Below, one piece after another: positions 58,694 through 64,000 of a stretch of DNA of 64,000 nucleotides. Each line of letters opens with the position of its first letter. Within the stretch, counting starts at the first letter, position 1. A model generated the notes under the pieces. It was given only the letters and a program-made list of their open reading frames with translations. It did not search any database and was not told where the DNA came from. The position numbers and the translations under genes were made by a program. The stretch covers positions 187,781 through 251,780 of the IMG/VR virus record IMGVR_UViG_3300049048_000052; one strand, written 5' to 3'.

Positions 58694-59829
58694 TATATTT
58701 TCACATATAGTACTGGATTAAGAGGTTTGCCATAGCTGCCTCCTCTTCTAACTTCAAAATGTAAGTGGGGACCAGTAGAGAAACCAGTACTACCCATAAG
58801 ACCTATAACAATACCTTGCTTAACATCCTGACCTGTCCTAGCTATTATCTTGCTGAGGTGTGCATATCTAGTAGTTAGACCGTTGGCATGTTGTATATCC
58901 ACAATATTACCGTAGCCACCTGCGGGGCCTGTATATATAACCTTGCCATCGCCTGAGGCTAATATGGGTGTGCCTGTATTGTTAGCTATGTCAACTCCGT
59001 TATGCATTCTACCCCAGCGCCAACCAAAGGGTGAGTTAAATATGCCTTTGCAGGGGCGTATAAAACCGCCAGGGATAGGTGTGAAATTAACAGGAGGTGC
59101 TCCTATGCCAGCAGGTGCCCCAGTACCAAGTACACCCATACCTGGAGCGGGATAAGGATAACCTGTACCTCCTGGCCTAGCTGTAGCTATCTTAGTAGCA
59201 CAGCCTGTATATATAATACGATCCGCCACCGTATAAGGAGGTGGGTCACAATTAGATCCTGTTAACATTATAGATAATGCTCCTTCGCCTGATGGTAATT
59301 GAGGGGCTGTACCTGCTACTGGGCTATTAGTAGGGCTATTAGGATTGATAGTATCACCTAAGGCTACTGCACCGTCCCCTAATCTTTTACCCTTGAAGGC
59401 TGCAAACTTCTTCTTAACATCACTAAGTGTACAGACACCTTGTTTACTATACCTCCAGGGAGGTAGTGATGCCCACTCGTGGGATAGCTTATTCATAGCG
59501 GCCTCTATATTACCACTAAGGACCTCCTTAAGAGCAAACTGCTTTCTATGTATAAGGACTATAGCAACTAGATCTTGATTATGAGGTGAGAAGTCTGTGG
59601 CCCCCGCAAACCTCTTATAACTATCCCAGGTTGTACTAATAAACTGATAGCGGCCTGCTGCATCAGAATTCACACTTCTCTGATATTGTCTAGGATGGTC
59701 GGCATAAGAATATAGCTTCTTATAAGTAACGATGGTGTTATAGGTGGCGCCCTCACAACTGGCTATCACATTAAGCATGGCCCTAATGTTATCGTTCTTT
59801 AGCAGATTCTCATAATAGTCTCTAGACAT
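58693..59829 (-). CDS. Lambda-type lysozyme/lytic transglycosylase (GH104) fused to an M23 metallopeptidase
   Basis: IASCEG, DHP, AAGRYQF and EWASLP; Pro/Gly linker; RWGRMHNGVD and STGPHLHFE. Confidence 0.93.
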   Translation of the reverse strand: MSRDYYENLLKNDNIRAMLNVIASCEGATYNTIVTYKKLYSYADHPRQYQRSVNSDAAGRYQFISTTWDSYKRFAGATDFSPHNQDLVAIVLIHRKQFALKEVLSGNIEAAMNKLSHEWASLPPWRYSKQGVCTLSDVKKKFAAFKGKRLGDGAVALGDTINPNSPTNSPVAGTAPQLPSGEGALSIMLTGSNCDPPPYTVADRIIYTGCATKIATARPGGTGYPYPAPGMGVLGTGAPAGIGAPPVNFTPIPGGFIRPCKGIFNSPFGWRWGRMHNGVDIANNTGTPILASGDGKVIYTGPAGGYGNIVDIQHANGLTTRYAHLSKIIARTGQDVKQGIVIGLMGSTGFSTGPHLHFEVRRGGSYGKPLNPVLYVKI

Positions 59830-60283
59830 CCTCTACTCCTAAATCTATTTGTTTAGTACGGGTAAATCTGTTTAGATATCTGTATAACTTAGACTTATCA
59901 AAGTTAATGGGGTCCTCATAATAACCAGTAGTATCTATCTCTGTATGAGTGGTAATACGATCATCCTCTATACCCGTCGCAGCTACAACCATAGCTAAAC
60001 TCATATATTGCTCCTCTGTGTACCCCTGATGAGGATCCAACACCTCTGGTGACTCTAATGCAATCTGATATGCGAAGTCGTCTACTGAGTTGTTAATGGA
60101 CTCTCCATTAAATTCAGTATTAGCAGCGGCAAATGCTTTCATATTGGAGGCCACCCCATAAAGGATAATACCATCCCTGGTTATCAGGACATGGTAACTG
60201 ACGCCGGAGGATGCAGATTGTAACTCCCTTAGGGCCTGTTGTATTGGTACCCCAGTCTCATGTATAACTACTATTGGTTTCAT
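59822..60283 (-). CDS. N-acetylmuramoyl-L-alanine amidase (Amidase_2)
   Basis: VVIHET, VSYHVLI, YTEEQY, ITTH and DP zinc-ligand pattern. Confidence 0.87.
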   Translation of the reverse strand: MKPIVVIHETGVPIQQALRELQSASSGVSYHVLITRDGIILYGVASNMKAFAAANTEFNGESINNSVDDFAYQIALESPEVLDPHQGYTEEQYMSLAMVVAATGIEDDRITTHTEIDTTGYYEDPINFDKSKLYRYLNRFTRTKQIDLGVEDV

Positions 60284-60292
60284 GTTTTATCT

Positions 60293-62008
60293 TTATAGTA
60301 GAGTGTTCAATAGTTCTGTAAGTCTAGTATAAGCAGACCCAGTCAGGTGTATGCCGTCTGTAGTAAACTCTTTCTTGATAGATCCGTTACTAGAGACTAT
60401 AGATGAGTAAGCATCAAAGTAACTATAACTAGTACCGCCGCTAGCCCTAAGCCTATCGTTTATCCACAGAATGTCCTTATTCTGGACGTTAGCAATCTTA
60501 TCCTTATAATCCTTATTAATAGCGGTGATCTCATCAGGAGCACTCTTAGGTAGGATAGACTGTATATATATCTTAGTGGTGGGAGAGGCTGTATTTATAC
60601 GCTTAACTGTCTCCATTAAGTTTTTATATACATCCTCCCTATTTCTGCCTGCTAATAAATCATTAATACCTACGGCAAGTACTACTGTTTTGGGTTTGTT
60701 GCTGGCTATTTGGTTAGCTCGATTAAGAAGGCCAATAGAGCTCTCCCCCGATATACCTTGGTTCAATACCTTATTATTCAATAGAGTAGGAGGTATTCTC
60801 TGTACTATAGAGTCTCCTGCTATAATCGAGGCTCCAGAGGTAGATGACTCCTTCTCAAATAAAGACAACCAGTCTGAATACTTAGGGGATCCAGGAGGTG
60901 CCTCAGTCTTAAAGGCTGCTTTATATCTAGTCCTATAAATAGATTCACCTGATACCTGGGTAGTATTCCTTAGGGCCATATTAGCAGGATTCACTGCGGC
61001 GTTCCTTTGGTCTGCAGGCATATAAGTAGCACCATCTACTGCCAGCTTAACCTCACTAGGTTTAGAGCCTGTCTCATTGCCATACTTAGTCTGTAGAATA
61101 TCAGCCTGTGCCATAGTCGAGGCGGATTGAGTATTACAATCCTTAGCCCTATCTAAGGCTAACTTACTAAGCTCTTGGTTCTGCTCGGCTCTATATGTAG
61201 CAGGCAATGGCTCATTAAAATCACTAAGTACTGGAGGAGTATCGCTGACTGGTACTAAGGGCTTAACCCCACTTGCAGTAGTAGCTAAGGAGCCTCCTAT
61301 AGCCCTACCTATAAAATAAGCTATACGACTGTGAGTGGAGGCTAACCTAAGCATTTGGGTACATTTCTCCTCTGTAGTACCCCCACTAACAGTGATATTG
61401 TTACCGTCGGAGTAGTTGATAATAGAGCCAAAGGTATAGGAGACTAACTCTGTACCATTCTTCATTATGATAGAACCAGTCTGTCCCCTAGAGGCGGCCT
61501 TGTCCTGTATCGTATCGTGGAACTCAGGGGAGTCATAGGCTGTGGCCATTACCTTAGAGCCTATAAATGAGAAGTCAGCCTCAGGCTGTGTAACCCTATT
61601 AGGATGGATACTTGTTTGATTAGCTTCTGCTTGGCCGGTATCTGAGCCTATAAGCTCACCAGGCTTATTACCTTCACCCTTGTTGAGAAACTTATCCCAT
61701 TCGCCATTAGTCCAGAAGGATCTGATGATTACTGCATCCTCTAAGACCCCATTCTTACAAAGGATTATTACAGGATCCTCATTCTGTAAGGCCTTATATT
61801 CACCATTACCATTGTAGCTGGCATACTCCGACGCTCTCTTACATTGACGAAGGGTAACACCCCAATCCATTAGATTGACATCATAGGATTGAGTGAGGTC
61901 ATTATGTCTCTGTTTATTAACAATCTTACCCATGTACATATGGTTGGAACCATAACGATTCTCAAAGGCATGATTAGTAAGAAATATATTATTAGGATTA
62001 TCGCTCAT
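60293..62008 (-). CDS. Baseplate spike-like protein (gp5/VgrG OB-fold-like N-terminus) fused to a C-terminal SGNH/GDSL hydrolase
   Basis: N-terminal GKIV..D..V..GNGEY..EDPVII..G..AVII; SGNH blocks GDS, NQGISG, GIND and DGIH. Confidence 0.8.
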   Translation of the reverse strand: MSDNPNNIFLTNHAFENRYGSNHMYMGKIVNKQRHNDLTQSYDVNLMDWGVTLRQCKRASEYASYNGNGEYKALQNEDPVIILCKNGVLEDAVIIRSFWTNGEWDKFLNKGEGNKPGELIGSDTGQAEANQTSIHPNRVTQPEADFSFIGSKVMATAYDSPEFHDTIQDKAASRGQTGSIIMKNGTELVSYTFGSIINYSDGNNITVSGGTTEEKCTQMLRLASTHSRIAYFIGRAIGGSLATTASGVKPLVPVSDTPPVLSDFNEPLPATYRAEQNQELSKLALDRAKDCNTQSASTMAQADILQTKYGNETGSKPSEVKLAVDGATYMPADQRNAAVNPANMALRNTTQVSGESIYRTRYKAAFKTEAPPGSPKYSDWLSLFEKESSTSGASIIAGDSIVQRIPPTLLNNKVLNQGISGESSIGLLNRANQIASNKPKTVVLAVGINDLLAGRNREDVYKNLMETVKRINTASPTTKIYIQSILPKSAPDEITAINKDYKDKIANVQNKDILWINDRLRASGGTSYSYFDAYSSIVSSNGSIKKEFTTDGIHLTGSAYTRLTELLNTLL

Positions 62009-62016
62009 AGTTCTCC

Positions 62017-63897
62017 TTAGAAATCACTAACCATTGCAACTTCACTAGTGTAACCAGCGGATTTGCCTTGGGTAATAATCTTATGTTTTATACTTCTAAC
62101 CTTGTATACAGGTAGGATAAGCTTATCCTTATTAGTCTCTATGGTTGAAGTGCGTATGGTACTCTGAGCAAGTTCACTTTGCTCAGTGATAGGTGATCCG
62201 CCTTTAGGTGTTCCAGGAGGTTTACCCTCAGAGTAACTGCTATTGAATTCATCTATAGCCTCTTCTTTGCTCTTGATGGACTTATCAGTGCCTGGATCTA
62301 CTAAGGTATGTGTGTCATGTAATACAGAGTTATATATTCTTACAGCCTCACTGGGATACCATGTTGGATCTCCCATAACTGTCATTTGTACTGCTGTAAT
62401 ATCACGAGCCCATATACGAGCCGCTGATAATCCTACAATTAAGGCCCCGCCTGCAGCACTCTTATAGGTAGATAGGGCCCCATCAAAGACTATCATATTC
62501 CTACAGGGGGGCTTTATTTTCCTATCATCTCCAGATAGTATCCAAGGTAGAGTCTCTAGGGATACCTGTATATTCTCAGCCATGGTGGCTGCGTTAGCTC
62601 CATTAGTATTAGAATCTATAACTACGAACCTATTATAAGTAGCTAAGGTTGATGTGGTGGCCCTCATAGATATAATCTGTTGATTAACACTGGGAGGTGC
62701 TTTATCCCTGGGCCAATCTTTAAAGAAGTATGTTCTATAAGATCTTAATTTATCTTTGAATCCTGAGTTATCTAATACTCTAGGACCAAAGACAAAGTCG
62801 CCATTTACATGTGAGGTAAAGAAGTCTATCGGTCTTTCCTCTGTGGCAGCTAGGAATTGTATTATTTCTAGAGGGCTTCTATTAAGTATCTGAAAGACAG
62901 AGCCTCCACCCTGACTCTTAACTAACGGAGGTCTCTGTACCCAAGTGTGAAACCTGGGTCTACTAAGATAGTCCATAACCTTATGAGTAGCAAACCTCAT
63001 CCATTTAGCTGGGTCCTCTGCGGCATCCTCTTGAGTGAAGCTAACTCTATTATTGTTGTCAGTAGGATATGCGGTGAATGATTGGGCTAAAGGCTCCTCC
63101 TCAGCACCTAGTATAGGCTTCCAACATGTAGGTTCCGTCTGGTCTGCGGTAGGTACGTCGCCTGTGGCAGCCTTAGCTACCTGTATAAGTATCTTATCTC
63201 TTCTACCTTCAGCAACCCCTGTGCCAGCATTCTTATCTTTATTAGAGGGGCCTGCTAGCTCTGGTATAGATATTATCTTAGTGTCCTGAAACACTCTACC
63301 CCTATCTCTGCAAGATATAACATACTGCACCCCACCCCTCGCATCAGCAAGAAGGTCTAGCTTATCTATAAATCCCCAGAATACTGGGGCAAAAGGCTTA
63401 CTTGGGTTATGTTTCATTTCCCCTGTAGCCTGAAATGGTTCAACAGGGTAATCATCTAGCATGTCAGCAGTAATAGGAGTAGTAGGGCTATCTATGTAAC
63501 CCATGTAGACTCTTATTTCATCCTCTACTGTTAAATAAGGATAATTACCGCCCCTAATCTCTTTAAGGTTAGGAAGAGGTGGTATAGGCGTAAGGGAATC
63601 TTTAAGAGGACATGTAAGTGTAATCATTGCGGTTGATACACTCCAATCTCTTACAAGGTCTATACTAATAGACTTGATGGCCCATTCTAATACAGTGTCC
63701 TGAGTCTTTAGGTCTTGAGCATTCTTTATTTGGGCGGGGGTAAGATTGATGTTTGGTCCTTCCGCTTTAAGTATTGTGTAATACCCCTTAACATCATACT
63801 TAGTAGTAAAGAGTATGTGTTGATAAGGTGATTTATTACCTGCGTATACTACTACTGCGGCAGGTACTACTGCATCTGGACTATATGTCTTAGCCAT
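62017..63897 (-). CDS. Baseplate hub protein (gp27/gpD-like)
   Basis: DEIRVYMGY, VFWGFID, ISCRD, TVMGDP and YKVRSIKHKI..GYTS. Confidence 0.78.
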   Translation of the reverse strand: MAKTYSPDAVVPAAVVVYAGNKSPYQHILFTTKYDVKGYYTILKAEGPNINLTPAQIKNAQDLKTQDTVLEWAIKSISIDLVRDWSVSTAMITLTCPLKDSLTPIPPLPNLKEIRGGNYPYLTVEDEIRVYMGYIDSPTTPITADMLDDYPVEPFQATGEMKHNPSKPFAPVFWGFIDKLDLLADARGGVQYVISCRDRGRVFQDTKIISIPELAGPSNKDKNAGTGVAEGRRDKILIQVAKAATGDVPTADQTEPTCWKPILGAEEEPLAQSFTAYPTDNNNRVSFTQEDAAEDPAKWMRFATHKVMDYLSRPRFHTWVQRPPLVKSQGGGSVFQILNRSPLEIIQFLAATEERPIDFFTSHVNGDFVFGPRVLDNSGFKDKLRSYRTYFFKDWPRDKAPPSVNQQIISMRATTSTLATYNRFVVIDSNTNGANAATMAENIQVSLETLPWILSGDDRKIKPPCRNMIVFDGALSTYKSAAGGALIVGLSAARIWARDITAVQMTVMGDPTWYPSEAVRIYNSVLHDTHTLVDPGTDKSIKSKEEAIDEFNSSYSEGKPPGTPKGGSPITEQSELAQSTIRTSTIETNKDKLILPVYKVRSIKHKIITQGKSAGYTSEVAMVSDF

Positions 63898-63940
63898 GTT
63901 CTCTTAATATATCTCTTAATTAAATATAAGCTAAAATGAA

Positions 63941-63971
63941 CAATAAAAAACTGTCCCGATTAGGACAGTTT
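63941..63971 (-). terminator. Rho-independent terminator upstream of the hub gene
   Basis: Minus strand AACTGTCCT-AATC-GGGACAG followed by TTTTTTATTG. Confidence 0.85.
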
Positions 63972-64000
63972 ATATAATAGGCTGTTAGGTGTGGTCTAGT

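Larger units (their letters stand above)
1..64000. mobile_element. Segment of a large myovirus-like bacteriophage genome (probable cyanophage)
   Basis: TerL, baseplate J, gp25-like, hub, spike and fibre genes plus a phage-type replication module; near-continuous coding; no host housekeeping genes or integrase seen. Confidence 0.93.

Noticed and set aside
17319-63289. Many 60-140 aa ORFs on the + strand (and a few alternate-frame - strand ORFs) within the late arm
   Set aside because: Antisense or alternate-frame shadows of long genes; no RBS or recognisable motifs
1-64000. Stop-codon reassignment (TAG read-through), suggested by the abundance of TAG trinucleotides
   Set aside because: Genes are full length and tile the window under code 11; TAG is used as a real stop (e.g. 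522, 5217, 15107); no suppressor tRNA seen

Overview
The whole window is a gene-dense, AT-rich segment of a large contractile-tailed (myovirus-like) dsDNA phage using the standard genetic code. The host is probably a cyanobacterium, inferred from my recollection of cyanobacterial-type amidase, M23 peptidase and SGNH hydrolase sequences. It has two convergent arms. The + strand arm (1-16.5 kb) carries early/replication genes: a CAU-anticodon tRNA, RNA ligase, HD hydrolase, methyltransferase, DEDD exonuclease, PIF1-like helicase, EndoIV-like TIM barrel, ATP-dependent DNA ligase, DnaG primase, HhH-glycosylase-like protein, degenerate RNase HII, RuvC, a Cas4/AddB-like nuclease, an HTH regulator and four tandem paralog families. 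The - strand arm (16.5-64 kb) is a virion module: baseplate hub, gp5-like spike fused to an SGNH esterase, amidase, lambda-type transglycosylase/M23 fusion, gp25, baseplate J, wedge, fibres, two DUF4815-like proteins, TerL and a 2961-aa protein with an N-terminal thermonuclease. Most interesting are: (1) the giant nuclease-tipped multi-hydrophobic-helix protein; (2) a baseplate cell-wall cassette pairing an esterase with a lytic transglycosylase; (3) a flavin monooxygenase coupled to baseplate genes; (4) a 40-nt tRNA minihelix; (5) a recurring intergenic ATTGATT motif; (6) an EndoIV-like enzyme embedded in a paralog array. All family calls come from motif recognition by eye, with no database search.
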